Position numbers and translations under genes: made by a program. A DNA stretch of 60,261 nt from an uncultured Lentisphaeraceae bacterium (lineage in GTDB: Bacteria > Verrucomicrobiota > Kiritimatiellia > RFP12 > UBA1067): positions 1-60,261 of the forward strand of contig CAZYQF010000001.1 of assembly GCA_964650165.1 (NCBI GenBank), read 5' to 3'. Positions 38,600 to 47,984 of the stretch are shown here, piece after piece. Within the stretch, counting starts at the first letter, position 1. Each line of letters begins with the position of its first letter. Below the pieces are notes generated by a model. That model did no database searches, was not told the DNA's origin, and saw nothing but the letters and a program-made list of their open reading frames with translations.

Positions 38600-39798
38600 A
38601 GAAGATGAACATGGTCGTCGCCCAGTCGGGCGGTCCGTCGATGGTAATCAACGCCTCGCTCGTCGGAGCGGTCCTCGCGGCGCAGAAGTCCGGCCGGATC
38701 GGGAAGATTTTCGGCGCGCGCCACGGCGTCGAGGGCATCATGAAGGGGGACTACCTCGACCTCACGAAATCCAAGGTCTCGAAACTCGAGAAGATCGCGG
38801 TGACGCCCTCGAGCGCCCTCGGTTCCTGCCGCCACAAGCCGGACGCCGCGGACTGCCGCAAGATCTTCGAGGAGTTCAAGAAACGCGACGTCGGCTACTT
38901 CTTCTACATCGGCGGAAACGATTCCGCGGATGCCGCGCGCATCGTCGCCGAGGAGGCGGAGAAGGAGAACTATCCGCTGATCGCCTACCACATCCCGAAG
39001 ACGATCGACAACGACCTCCGCAGCTGCGACCACACGCCGGGCTTCGGCTCGGCCGCGCGCTTCGTCGCGAGCGCCCTCCGGGGCGACGACCTCGACAACC
39101 GTGCGCTCGGCGGCGTGAAGATCGACATCATCATGGGCCGCGACGCGGGCTTCCTCACGGCGGCTTCCGCGCTCGCGCGCGTCCGCGAAGACGACGGTCC
39201 GCACCTGATCTACCTTCCCGAGGTTCCGTTCTCGGAAACGAAGTTCATTCGGGACGTCAAGGCGGCGATGAAGAAGTACGGACGCTGCGTGTGCGCCGTT
39301 TCCGAAGGCATCCGCGGCCGCGACGGCGTTCCGATGGGCGCGAAGCTCGGCTCGGGCGAGAAGGACAGCCACGGAAACGTCCAGATGTCCGGCACCGGCG
39401 CCCTCGGCGATGCGCTCGCCAAGATTCTCAAGACCCAGGCGGGGATCAAGCGCGTCCGCGCCGACACGTTCGGCTATCTGCAGCGCTCGTTCCCCGGCCT
39501 TCAGTCCGAGACCGATGTGAACGAGGCCCTTATGGTCGGTGTCACGGCGGTCGTGTGCGCACTGAAATTCGCCGACGGCGACAAGAAGATACCCTCCAAA
39601 GGAACGGTCGCCATCGTCCGCAAGCCCGGCAAGAAGTACAAGGTCTCGTTCGAACCCGCGCCGATCAGCCTCGCCGCGAAGTTCACGCGCAGCGTGCCGA
39701 AGGAATTCATCGCCAGAAACGGACATGACGTGACGCAGGCGTTTCTCGATTACGCGGCCCCGATCGTCGGAGAGCTTCCCCCGTGCGAGATTTTCTGA
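38596..39798 (+). CDS. pfp: Phosphofructokinase, probably PPi-dependent
   Basis: IGGNDSA and IPKTIDNDL. Asp at the position of E. coli PfkA Gly104 and Lys at Gly124 are the classical PPi-specificity signatures. ATGA overlap with EF-G. Confidence 0.75.
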   Translation: MKKMNMVVAQSGGPSMVINASLVGAVLAAQKSGRIGKIFGARHGVEGIMKGDYLDLTKSKVSKLEKIAVTPSSALGSCRHKPDAADCRKIFEEFKKRDVGYFFYIGGNDSADAARIVAEEAEKENYPLIAYHIPKTIDNDLRSCDHTPGFGSAARFVASALRGDDLDNRALGGVKIDIIMGRDAGFLTAASALARVREDDGPHLIYLPEVPFSETKFIRDVKAAMKKYGRCVCAVSEGIRGRDGVPMGAKLGSGEKDSHGNVQMSGTGALGDALAKILKTQAGIKRVRADTFGYLQRSFPGLQSETDVNEALMVGVTAVVCALKFADGDKKIPSKGTVAIVRKPGKKYKVSFEPAPISLAAKFTRSVPKEFIARNGHDVTQAFLDYAAPIVGELPPCEIF

Positions 39799-39825
39799 TA
39801 TTCTCGGATTTTGTTCTGTTTTTTT
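39786..39825 (+). terminator. Weak terminator candidate after pfp
   Basis: CGAGA...TCTCG, a 5-bp stem followed by a T-rich run (GATTTTGTTCTGTTTTTTT). Confidence 0.3.
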
Positions 39826-39826
39826 A

Positions 39827-39835
39827 TGATATAAT
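39827..39835 (+). promoter_or_regulatory. Extended -10 box TGATATAAT, 6 nt from ATG 39842 (start of a 10-codon mini-ORF)
   Basis: Exact TGnTATAAT. CTTCAC, then ATGGGAGTTTTTTTCCATATAATCAGGTCATGA. Confidence 0.5.
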
Positions 39836-39858
39836 CTTCACATGGGAGTTTTTTTCCA

Positions 39859-39864
39859 TATAAT
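39859..39864 (+). promoter_or_regulatory. -10 hexamer TATAAT, 6 nt from ATG 39871 (leaderless architecture)
   Basis: Exact TATAAT. Only CAGGTC precedes the AI-2E transporter start. Confidence 0.5.
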
Positions 39865-39870
39865 CAGGTC

Positions 39871-40965
39871 ATGATCGACTTCACGGACAACCAGAAAAAG
39901 ATTATTGCAAGCGGAATCACGGTGCTTTCGCTGTGTCTCGTGTTTGCATTCAACGCGCTCCTCGTATGGTTCGTCTTCAAGGTCCTGGCCTTCGCTTCGG
40001 CGGCGATCGTGCCGGTGGCGCTCGGGTTTTTCCTCGCCTTGTTCTTCAAACCGTACTACTGGTGGTGGCGGCGGACGGTGAAGAATCCGACGCTTGCGCT
40101 GACGATCATGCTGCTGACGATCTTCATTCCGCTGGGTTTCTTCCTGTGGTATGCGGGCGCGGTGATGGCCGACCACGTCTCGGCGCTCGTTCGCAACGGC
40201 CCGGCGATGGCCCATCAGGTCCTCGACTGGTTCTGCGCCACGTTCCCCCGGGCGGGATTGCTCCTGGACCAGCTCGGCATCCGACCCGAAAACCTCGGCC
40301 AGCTCTATGCGGACTACGGCGGTGCCGCGCTCAAGGCCGGCAGCGGCGCGCTGAGCGCGCTGAGCGGCCTGGTCTCCGTCCTGGTGGCGCTGATCTTCTT
40401 CGTTTTCTTCCTGACCTCGCGGGAACGCCGCGGGAGCGACATCGTCGCGCAGATGACGTTCCTCAAGGACGGAACCCGGGGATTTCTCGCCGAGCAGATC
40501 GACGCCTTCGTCGACATCCTGGTGAGCTTCTTCCAGCGGCAGACTGTCATTTGCCTGATCGAGGGCTGCTACTACGGCATCTTCTTCTCCGCGGTCGGGC
40601 TTCCCTACGGGTTCCTCATCGGGTTCATGCTCGGAGTCCTCAACTTGATTCCGCTTTTCGGCTCGGCGGTGTGCCTGCCGTTTGCGCTGCCGCTCGCCTA
40701 CTTCGGCGCAGGCGGATCCCTCATGCGCCTTCTGCTCGTCCTCGTCGTCTGGGCGATCGGCCAGTTTCTTGACGGCTACGTGATCACGCCGAAGATCCAG
40801 GGCGACAAGACCGGTCTCGGCTATGCCGGCGTCATCTTCTCGTTTTTCTTCTGGGGTACGGTGCTGGGGCCGGTGCTCGGTCTCCTCCTTGCGATTCCTC
40901 TCTCGGCCTTCTGCGTCGTCCTCTGGCGGGCGCTGAAGTCGAAGTATATCAAGCCAATTGTCTGA
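39871..40965 (+). CDS. AI-2E (PerM/UPF0118) family transporter
   Basis: Polytopic membrane protein of 364 aa with FLDGYVITPKIQGDKTGL near the C-terminus, typical of the family. Confidence 0.7.
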   Translation: MIDFTDNQKKIIASGITVLSLCLVFAFNALLVWFVFKVLAFASAAIVPVALGFFLALFFKPYYWWWRRTVKNPTLALTIMLLTIFIPLGFFLWYAGAVMADHVSALVRNGPAMAHQVLDWFCATFPRAGLLLDQLGIRPENLGQLYADYGGAALKAGSGALSALSGLVSVLVALIFFVFFLTSRERRGSDIVAQMTFLKDGTRGFLAEQIDAFVDILVSFFQRQTVICLIEGCYYGIFFSAVGLPYGFLIGFMLGVLNLIPLFGSAVCLPFALPLAYFGAGGSLMRLLLVLVVWAIGQFLDGYVITPKIQGDKTGLGYAGVIFSFFFWGTVLGPVLGLLLAIPLSAFCVVLWRALKSKYIKPIV

Positions 40966-40969
40966 CATT

Positions 40970-42337
40970 ATGTACGAAAACACGGTCTTCGGGCGGCTCG
41001 ACCAAAAACTGCAGCACGCCATTTCCGACACGGGCTATGAAACGCCCACTCCGATCCAGGAGAAGTCGATGCCCTATCTCCTCGAGGGGCGCGACCTCCT
41101 CGGTTGCGCGCAGACGGGAACAGGAAAGACCGCCGCGTTCATGCTGCCGATCTTGAACCGGCTGGTCCAGGAGCGGCGTCCGCGCCACATCGGCCATCCC
41201 CGGGTGCTCGTCCTCTCGCCGACGCGCGAGCTCGCGGCGCAGACGGCCGACAACGTCAAGAAGTTCTCCAAGTACTGCCAGATGCCGTTCGCGTGCGTGG
41301 TCGGCGGCGTGAGCCAGTTCGGGCAGGTCAAGGACATCAAGAAGGGCGCCGAGATCATCATCGCCTGCCCCGGCCGCCTCATGGACCTGATGACCCAGGG
41401 CATCGTCTACCTCGACCAGGTCGAGTGCTTCGTGCTGGACGAGGCCGACCGGATGCTCGACATGGGCTTCCTGCCGGACATCAAGCGCATCGTCTCCAAG
41501 CTTCCGAAGGCCCGCCAGTCGATGTTCTTCTCGGCGACGATGGCGGGGCCGATCCTGAAGCTTGCGGCAGAGCTCGTGCAAGACCCCGCTTCGGTGACCA
41601 TCAACCCCGAGACGCCGACCGTCGACAAGATCAACCAGAAGCTCATGTTCGTCCCGAAGAGCCAGAAGGACGCGCTCCTCCGGCATCTCCTCGAGAACCA
41701 TCCCGAGTGGTACAAGGTCATCGTCTTCACCAAGATGCGCCACGGGGCGGACCGGGTGTGCAAGAAGCTCGTCCAGGCTGGCGTCACCTGCGCGGCGATC
41801 CACTCCGACAAGACCCAGGGTCAGCGCACCCGCGCGCTCGAGGGCTTCCGCAAGGGCGACATCCAGGTTCTCGTGGCGACGGACATCGCCTCGCGCGGCA
41901 TCGACGTCCCCGAGGTCTCGTGCGTCATCAACATGGAGCTCCCCCTCGAGCCCGAGGTCTACGTCCACCGCATCGGCCGCACCGCGCGCGCCGGCGAGTC
42001 GGGCGCGGCGATCAGCTTCGTCGCCCCCGACGAGAAGGGCCTGCTCAAGGCCGTCGAGCGTCTCATCCGGAAGACGATTCCCGTCGACCGCGACCATCCT
42101 TTCGAGGCGCAGCCCGACCTTCCGCCCCCGTCTTGGGAGCAGCCCTCCGATTCGAGGGGTCCAGGCAACCCGAGGGGGCCTGCCAATCCGCGCGGACCCG
42201 GAAAGCCGAGGAACGCCGGAATGCCGAAGAACACGGGAAAACCGGTCCATCCGGCCAACCAAAACCGGAACAAGCAAAAGCGCCAGGGGCACAAGTCCTT
42301 CCTCGGCCGCCACCAGTCCGATTTCGGCCAGAAATAA
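40970..42337 (+). CDS. rhlE: DEAD-box ATP-dependent RNA helicase
   Basis: Q-motif GYETPTPIQ, AQTGTGKT, DEAD, SAT, HRIGRTARAG. Basic Pro/Gly/Arg-rich tail (PGNPRGPANPRGPGKPRN). ATG 40970 is preferred to TTG 40958. Confidence 0.9.
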   Translation: MYENTVFGRLDQKLQHAISDTGYETPTPIQEKSMPYLLEGRDLLGCAQTGTGKTAAFMLPILNRLVQERRPRHIGHPRVLVLSPTRELAAQTADNVKKFSKYCQMPFACVVGGVSQFGQVKDIKKGAEIIIACPGRLMDLMTQGIVYLDQVECFVLDEADRMLDMGFLPDIKRIVSKLPKARQSMFFSATMAGPILKLAAELVQDPASVTINPETPTVDKINQKLMFVPKSQKDALLRHLLENHPEWYKVIVFTKMRHGADRVCKKLVQAGVTCAAIHSDKTQGQRTRALEGFRKGDIQVLVATDIASRGIDVPEVSCVINMELPLEPEVYVHRIGRTARAGESGAAISFVAPDEKGLLKAVERLIRKTIPVDRDHPFEAQPDLPPPSWEQPSDSRGPGNPRGPANPRGPGKPRNAGMPKNTGKPVHPANQNRNKQKRQGHKSFLGRHQSDFGQK

Positions 42338-42371
42338 AGGGATCGGATCCTGACGTCAGTCACGTCGGTCT

Positions 42372-42409
42372 GGGCGCGGGGGAGGCATCCTTCGCGCCCT
42401 TCGCTTTCA
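42372..42409 (+). terminator. Hairpin / weak terminator candidate after rhlE
   Basis: GGGCGCG...CGCGCCC, a 7-bp GC stem followed by TTCGCTTTC. No clean T-run. Confidence 0.3.
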
Positions 42410-42480
42410 CGCGGAGGCTCGAAAAAGGACTTTTTAAATCGTTTTCGGGATAATTATTCCGCTTTGTGGCACAGATTTTT

Positions 42481-42489
42481 TGGTATAAT
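42481..42489 (+). promoter_or_regulatory. Extended -10 box TGGTATAAT upstream of citrate synthase
   Basis: Exact TGnTATAAT preceded by a T-run, 26 nt before ATG 42516. Confidence 0.55.
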
Positions 42490-42515
42490 TTACCGGTTTC
42501 ATAGGAACATAGACA

Positions 42516-43868
42516 ATGATAGACAAAAAATGGCTCAAAAAGCAGGCCGAAAAGGTCCGTGCGGTTGACTACATCGATCCGGCTCTGTACGCGAAGTATG
42601 GTGTAAAGCGCGGCTTGCGCAATGATGACGGCACCGGCGTTCTGGTGGGACTGACGACCATTGGAAACGTTCATGGATATGTGGTGTCCGAAGGCGAGAA
42701 GCAGGCTGTTCCCGGCGAGCTTTTCTATCGCGGAATCAACGTCAAGGACATTGTCCGTGCGGACAAGCGAGAGCGCCGCTTTGGCTACGAGGAGACGGCT
42801 TACCTGCTGCTGTTCGGAGAGCTTCCGACGGAGGCTCAGCTCGCCGACTGGAATCAGAAGCTCGGCTCCTATCGCAAGCTCTCGGACAGGTTCAAGGACA
42901 ATGCCATCATGAAGCATCCCCCGAAGGATCTCATGAACGCCCTTGCCCGCGCGGTCCTCTTCGCCTATGCGTTCGATCCGGACGACAATCCCGACGACCT
43001 CTCGCTCGAAAAGTGCCTCGAGCAGTCGATTGACCTCGTCGGGTCGATCCCGACGATTGCGGCGTACTCCTACCAGGCGAAGCACCACTATCATGACGGC
43101 GCGTCACTGATGATCCGCATGCCGGATCCGAAGAAATCGACCGCCGAGAACATCCTCATGCTGACGCGCGAGGACGGGAAGTACACGCGGCTCGAGGCCG
43201 AGACGCTGGACCTCATGCTCGTTCTCCACGCCGAGCACGGCGGCGGCAACAACTCCTCGTTCACGACCCACGTCGTGACTTCGTCGCACGCCGACATCTA
43301 TTCGTCCGTCGCGGCGTCGGTCCTGTCCCTCAAGGGCGCCCGCCACGGCGGCGCGAACATCCGCGTGATGCGCCAGATGGAGGAGATCATGGCGAATGTC
43401 AAGGACTGGTCGAAGCAGGACAACGTCCTCCATTATCTCGAGAAGATCGCCGACAAGAAGGCGGGCGACGGCTCGGGCCTCATCTACGGGCTCGGTCACG
43501 CCGTCTACACGGTGTCCGATCCCCGCGCGCATCTGCTGCGGGTCAATGCCGAGACGCTTGCCAAGGAGAAGGGCCGCACGGAGGAGATGGGGCTCTACGA
43601 GCTGATCGAGCAGTACGGTCCCTCCATCATCAAGTCCCGCCATCCGCGGGCCACGGACGTCTGCGCGAACGTCGACCTCTACTCCGGCTTCGTCTACGAC
43701 ATGCTCGGAATTCCGAGCGACCTCTACACGCCCCTGTTCGCGGTCGCGCGCTGCGTGTCGTGGTGCGCCCACCGCATGGAGGAGCTCGTCAACGCGGGGC
43801 CAATCATCCGTCCGGCCTACAAGCCGATCTATCACATGAGAGACTATGTCGCGCTCAAGGACCGTTAA
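42516..43868 (+). CDS. gltA: Citrate synthase
   Basis: 450 aa. LVLHAEHGGGNNSSF and GLGHAVYTVSDPRA catalytic-His motifs of the citrate synthase family. Confidence 0.8.
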   Translation: MIDKKWLKKQAEKVRAVDYIDPALYAKYGVKRGLRNDDGTGVLVGLTTIGNVHGYVVSEGEKQAVPGELFYRGINVKDIVRADKRERRFGYEETAYLLLFGELPTEAQLADWNQKLGSYRKLSDRFKDNAIMKHPPKDLMNALARAVLFAYAFDPDDNPDDLSLEKCLEQSIDLVGSIPTIAAYSYQAKHHYHDGASLMIRMPDPKKSTAENILMLTREDGKYTRLEAETLDLMLVLHAEHGGGNNSSFTTHVVTSSHADIYSSVAASVLSLKGARHGGANIRVMRQMEEIMANVKDWSKQDNVLHYLEKIADKKAGDGSGLIYGLGHAVYTVSDPRAHLLRVNAETLAKEKGRTEEMGLYELIEQYGPSIIKSRHPRATDVCANVDLYSGFVYDMLGIPSDLYTPLFAVARCVSWCAHRMEELVNAGPIIRPAYKPIYHMRDYVALKDR

Positions 43869-45066
43869 GGGCGGAGTCTGCTCCGCGAAGGGCTTCCGCG
43901 CCGCAGGCGTCGCTGCCGAAATCAAGTACAAGGGACGCAATGACGTCGCCCTTGTCGTGGCGGACGAGCCGTGCGTGGCCGCCGCGGTCTTCACGACCAA
44001 CAAAGTCGCCGCCGCGCCGGTCCTCTACGACCGCGAGATCGTCAAGGGCGGAAAGGTCCAGGCGATCCTCGCGAACTCAGGGTGCGCCAACGCGTGCACC
44101 GGAGAGCAGGGGCTGAAGGACGCGAAGCTTTCGGCGCTCGTCACCGCGGGCGAACTCGGCATCGACCCCAAGCACGTGCTCGTCGCCTCGACGGGCGTGA
44201 TCGGGCGGCGTCTTCCGATGGACCGCCTGCTCGCCGGCATGAAGGCCGCTGCGAAGCAGCTCGGCTCGACCGCCGAGCATGGTCTCGCCGCGGAGAAGGC
44301 GGTGATGACGACGGACACGAAGCCGAAGCAGGCGTGCGTCGTGACGACGGTCGGGGGCAAGCGCGTCACGGTCGGGGGCATGAGCAAGGGTTCCGGCATG
44401 ATCGAGCCCAACATGGCGACGATGCTCGGCTTCGTCACCACCGATGCGGCGATTTCCCGTCCGATGCTCGACCGCGCGCTCCGTCTTGCGCTGGCGAAGA
44501 GCTTCAACCGGCTCGTCGTCGACGGCGACGAGTCTACCAACGACTCCCTGTTCGCGCTCGCGAGCGGCAAGGCCGGCAACGCGGCGATCGTGCGCGGCGG
44601 AGACGATTTCGACGCATTCCTCGAGGCGCTGACCGCGGTCTGCGTGTCGCTCGCGCGGCAGATGGCGACGGACGGCGAGGGCGCGACCAAGTTCGTGACC
44701 GTGACCGTGAAGGGCGCGAAGTCCGACAAAGACGCCGAACGCGCGGCGCGGGCCGTCGCGAAGAGTCCGCTCGCCAAGACCAGCTGGTTCGGACGCGATC
44801 CGAACTGGGGCCGTGTCCTCGCGGCAGTCGGCTACTCCGGCGCGGAGGTCGTCGACATGAAGACGGAGGTCTTCTACGACCGGGTCTGGGCGTTTCGCCG
44901 CGGCACGGTCGCGGACGCCGCGCAGCTCAAGAAGCTCCAGAAGGTGATGACGAAGGACGCGTTCGAAGTCGTGGTCGACCTGCACCTCGGCACGGCGTCC
45001 GCCTCCATCTACACCTGCGACATTTCACTTGATTACGTTCACATCAACGCGGACTACACGACATGA
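43846..45066 (+). CDS. argJ: Bifunctional glutamate N-acetyltransferase / amino-acid acetyltransferase
   Basis: KGFRAAGVAAEIK N-terminus and the PNMATMLGFVTTDA autoprocessing site. 23-nt overlap with citrate synthase. Confidence 0.9.
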   Translation: MSRSRTVKGGVCSAKGFRAAGVAAEIKYKGRNDVALVVADEPCVAAAVFTTNKVAAAPVLYDREIVKGGKVQAILANSGCANACTGEQGLKDAKLSALVTAGELGIDPKHVLVASTGVIGRRLPMDRLLAGMKAAAKQLGSTAEHGLAAEKAVMTTDTKPKQACVVTTVGGKRVTVGGMSKGSGMIEPNMATMLGFVTTDAAISRPMLDRALRLALAKSFNRLVVDGDESTNDSLFALASGKAGNAAIVRGGDDFDAFLEALTAVCVSLARQMATDGEGATKFVTVTVKGAKSDKDAERAARAVAKSPLAKTSWFGRDPNWGRVLAAVGYSGAEVVDMKTEVFYDRVWAFRRGTVADAAQLKKLQKVMTKDAFEVVVDLHLGTASASIYTCDISLDYVHINADYTT

Positions 45067-46229
45067 AGAATAACTGTTTGGGTTTTTGGCTGTTTGGGTT
45101 CCTGGGCGTTGCGGCGATTGTTTCGTCCGCGGCGACCGTGGTTGACATCACCGGCGTCGGCGCCGAAAAGCGCCCAGTCTCCATCGACGTCCGCGGCGCA
45201 AACGCCGCGGCCTACGCGAAGACGCTGAAGCGCAACCTGGAGCTCTCCGGGTGCTTCGCCGTGACGAGCGGCGGCGGAATCAAGGTCACCGGCACGGTCG
45301 GGGGCGAGGTCCGCGCGGCGGACGCGGCCAAGAGCGTGGCGTCGTCCGCGGCGGTGACGGACGAGAAGTCCGCCCGCATGGCGGCGCGCGCGATGAGCGA
45401 CTCGATCTGCCAGGCTTTCGCGGACCAGAAGGGCTTCGCGCAGGACAAGGTCGTCTTTGTCTCCCGCAAGGGACCGGACAACTCGGAGCTCTGCATGTGC
45501 TATCCCGACGGACAGGACATCCGCCAGCTGACCACGGACGGCAAGTCGTCCGTCGGCCCGCGCTGGAAGGACGACACCTCGCTCTTCTACACGGGCTTCC
45601 TCCAGGGCGGACCCCAGATCTGGGAGCACAACACGGCGACCGGCAAGCGCAGCCTCCGGTGGAGCTTCAAGGGCCTCGCGACCGGCGCGGTAGTCTCGCC
45701 GGACGCGACGAAGGCCGCAATCATCCTTTCCTTCCAGGGAAATCCGGAGCTCTACGTCATCGATCTCGCAACGAGCCGCTGGCAGCGCATGACAACGACC
45801 CCGAACGCCAGCGAGGGCCAGCCGTCGTGGAGTCCGGACGGCAAGAAGCTCGTCTACGTCTCGGACGAGACGCGTCAGCCGCAGCTCTACGTCATCGACA
45901 CCGCGACGAAGGCGAAGCGCCGCCTGACGTCCAGGGGCTCGCAGAACGTGGACCCGGACTGGGGGCGCGACGGCCGCATCGCGTATATCACCAAGCGCGG
46001 CGGCCTTTCGCAGGTCGCGGTGCTCGATCCGTCCGAGGACGACGCCGCCGCCACGCTCGTCACAACGCCTGGCAGCTGGGAGCATCCGAGCTGGTCGCGG
46101 AACATGCGCCACGTGGTCGCCGGGCGGGACAAGGCTCTGTTCGTCGTGGACACGCTGCCGGACGGCGACAAGCCGGCGCAGATGTTCTTCAACAGCGGAA
46201 ACTGGATCACGCCTTGCTGGAGCCGGTGA
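45063..46229 (+). CDS. TolB-like periplasmic beta-propeller protein
   Basis: Signal peptide, TolB-type N-terminal domain, repeated PD40-like units (WSPDGKKLVYVS, DWGRDGRIAYI). ATGA overlap with argJ. Confidence 0.65.
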   Translation: MKNNCLGFWLFGFLGVAAIVSSAATVVDITGVGAEKRPVSIDVRGANAAAYAKTLKRNLELSGCFAVTSGGGIKVTGTVGGEVRAADAAKSVASSAAVTDEKSARMAARAMSDSICQAFADQKGFAQDKVVFVSRKGPDNSELCMCYPDGQDIRQLTTDGKSSVGPRWKDDTSLFYTGFLQGGPQIWEHNTATGKRSLRWSFKGLATGAVVSPDATKAAIILSFQGNPELYVIDLATSRWQRMTTTPNASEGQPSWSPDGKKLVYVSDETRQPQLYVIDTATKAKRRLTSRGSQNVDPDWGRDGRIAYITKRGGLSQVAVLDPSEDDAAATLVTTPGSWEHPSWSRNMRHVVAGRDKALFVVDTLPDGDKPAQMFFNSGNWITPCWSR

Positions 46230-46519
46230 TGAAAATTGACGTTGGATACGTGGCCGAGCTGGCCCGGCTCGAGCTGACCGACGAGGAGAAGTCGGTGTTC
46301 CAGCCGCAGCTCGAGGGCATCGTCAAGTATGTCGAGATGATTTCGAAGGTCGATGTCTCGGACGTGGAGCCCATGATGCACGGTCGTCCCCTGGTGAACG
46401 CCTTCCGCGAGGACACGGTGCGGCCGTCGCTTCCGACGGAGACCGCGCTCGCGAACGCGCCGAAGCGCGTCGGCGACGAGTTCCTCCTGCCGAAGATCGT
46501 GGAAGGAGCCGAATCGTGA
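46229..46519 (+). CDS. gatC: Asp/Glu-tRNA amidotransferase subunit C
   Basis: 96 aa. VAELARLELTDEEK ... VDVSDVEPM, typical GatC. ATG shares 1 nt with the upstream stop. Confidence 0.85.
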   Translation: MKIDVGYVAELARLELTDEEKSVFQPQLEGIVKYVEMISKVDVSDVEPMMHGRPLVNAFREDTVRPSLPTETALANAPKRVGDEFLLPKIVEGAES

Positions 46520-47922
46520 AGCTGTACGAACTCGGAATCAAGGCGGCGCAGGACGGACTCGCGAAGGGCGAGTTCACGAGCGTCGACCTCGTCCAGGCGC
46601 TCGTCGGCCGCTGCCATGAGAAGAACGGCGAAATCGGGGCTTACCTCACGTTCGACGAAGAGGGCGCCCTGAAGCTCGCCCGGGAGAATCCGAAGGCCGT
46701 CCCGATTGCGATCAAGGACCTGATCAACGTCGCCGGCCAGCCGTGCACGTGCGCCTCCAAGATCCTGAAGGGCTACGTCTCGCCCTATGACGCGACGGTC
46801 ATCCGGAACATCCGGGCTCACGGCTTCATCCCGTGCGGACGCGTCAACATGGACGAGTTCGCGATGGGTTCCTCGACGGAGAACTCGGCCCTTGGCGTCA
46901 CGCGGAATCCGTACGACCTCGGCCGCGTTCCCGGAGGTTCCTCGGGCGGCAGTGCGGCGGCAGTCGGCGGCAATCTCGCGATCGCGGCGCTCGGATCCGA
47001 CACCGGCGGTTCTATCCGCCAGCCCGCATCCTTCTGCAACTGCGTCGGCATCAAGCCGAGCTACGGACGCGTGAGCCGCTACGGCGTCACCGCGTTCGCG
47101 AGCTCGCTCGACCAGGTCGGCCCCATGGCCAAGTCGGTCGAGGACGCGGCGATCCTCCTTCGGGCCCTTGCGGGATACGACGAGATGGACGGAACGACGC
47201 CGAAGGATCCCGTCCCCGACTATGCGAAGGCGCTCGAGAGGGCCTCGATGAAGGGCGTCAGGATCGGCATCGCGAAGGAGTACTTCGACGTGAAGGGCAT
47301 GGATCCCGAGGTCAAGCGCATTACCGAAGAGGCGATCCGGAAGTGCGAGGCGGCGGGCGCGGAAATCGTCGAGGTCTCGCTTCCGCATACCGAGTACGCG
47401 ATGGCGGTCTACTATATCATCGCGCCGGCGGAGGCGAGCGCCAACCTGGCGCGCTTCGACGGCGTCCGGTACGGGCACCGTTCGGAGCAGGCGAAGGACG
47501 TCTATTCGCTTTACACCAAGTCGCGCGCCGAGGGCTTCGGTCCCGAGGTCAAGCGCCGCATCATCATGGGCACCTACGTGCTGTCGTCGGGCTACTACGA
47601 CGCGTATTACGGGAAGGCCCAGAGAGTCCGCACGCTGATCAAGCGCGACTTCGACGAGGCGTTTGCGAAGTGCGACGCGCTCCTGACGCCGTGCGCGCCG
47701 ACGCCGGCGTTCAAGTTCGGCGAGCTGCAGGATCCGCTCACGATGTACCTGAACGACCTGTTCACCATTCCGTCGTCGCTTGCGGGTGTCTGCGCGTCGA
47801 GCGTGCCGGCGGGCTTCACGTCCGACACCCGGCTGCCCGTCGGCGTCCAGTTCATCTGCGGCGGGTTCGAAGAGGAGAAGCTCCTGAAGGTTTCCCGTGC
47901 CTTCGAACTGTTGAACACTTGA
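46516..47922 (+). CDS. gatA: Asp/Glu-tRNA amidotransferase subunit A
   Basis: Amidase signature GGSSGGSAAAV...GSDTGGSIRQPA. GTGA overlap with gatC. Confidence 0.9.
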   Translation: MKLYELGIKAAQDGLAKGEFTSVDLVQALVGRCHEKNGEIGAYLTFDEEGALKLARENPKAVPIAIKDLINVAGQPCTCASKILKGYVSPYDATVIRNIRAHGFIPCGRVNMDEFAMGSSTENSALGVTRNPYDLGRVPGGSSGGSAAAVGGNLAIAALGSDTGGSIRQPASFCNCVGIKPSYGRVSRYGVTAFASSLDQVGPMAKSVEDAAILLRALAGYDEMDGTTPKDPVPDYAKALERASMKGVRIGIAKEYFDVKGMDPEVKRITEEAIRKCEAAGAEIVEVSLPHTEYAMAVYYIIAPAEASANLARFDGVRYGHRSEQAKDVYSLYTKSRAEGFGPEVKRRIIMGTYVLSSGYYDAYYGKAQRVRTLIKRDFDEAFAKCDALLTPCAPTPAFKFGELQDPLTMYLNDLFTIPSSLAGVCASSVPAGFTSDTRLPVGVQFICGGFEEEKLLKVSRAFELLNT

Positions 47923-47950
47923 ACCTCTTGAACCATTCTAACGCTTGAAC
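47911..47950 (+). repeat. Four copies of TTGAAC(C) spaced 8, 9 and 17 nt apart
   Basis: TTGAACACTTGAACCTCTTGAACCATTCTAACGCTTGAAC, spanning the gatA stop and the intergenic region. Confidence 0.65.
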
Positions 47951-47952
47951 CG

Positions 47953-47984
47953 TAAACGATCTGAAATCTGAGATCTGAGATTCC
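47953..47984 (-). repeat. Dispersed short repeat, copy B (intergenic, inverted)
   Basis: The reverse complement GGAATCTCAGATCTCAGATTTCAGATCGTTTA matches copy A at 10721. Confidence 0.75.

Noticed and set aside
42338-42366. The palindromes GGATCGGATCC and TGACGTCA as operator sites.
   Set aside because: They are single occurrences with no second half-site array or nearby regulator gene. Short palindromes like these are expected by chance.
42338-42515. tRNA, rRNA or riboswitch candidates in the larger intergenic gaps (2236-2340, 29525-29616, 35200-35313, 36413-36520, 42338-42515, 54168-54327).
   Set aside because: I could not trace a cloverleaf, a conserved rRNA segment, or a riboswitch core that I recognise. 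The gaps are mostly accounted for by terminators, promoters and short repeats. A covariance-model scan would be needed for certainty.
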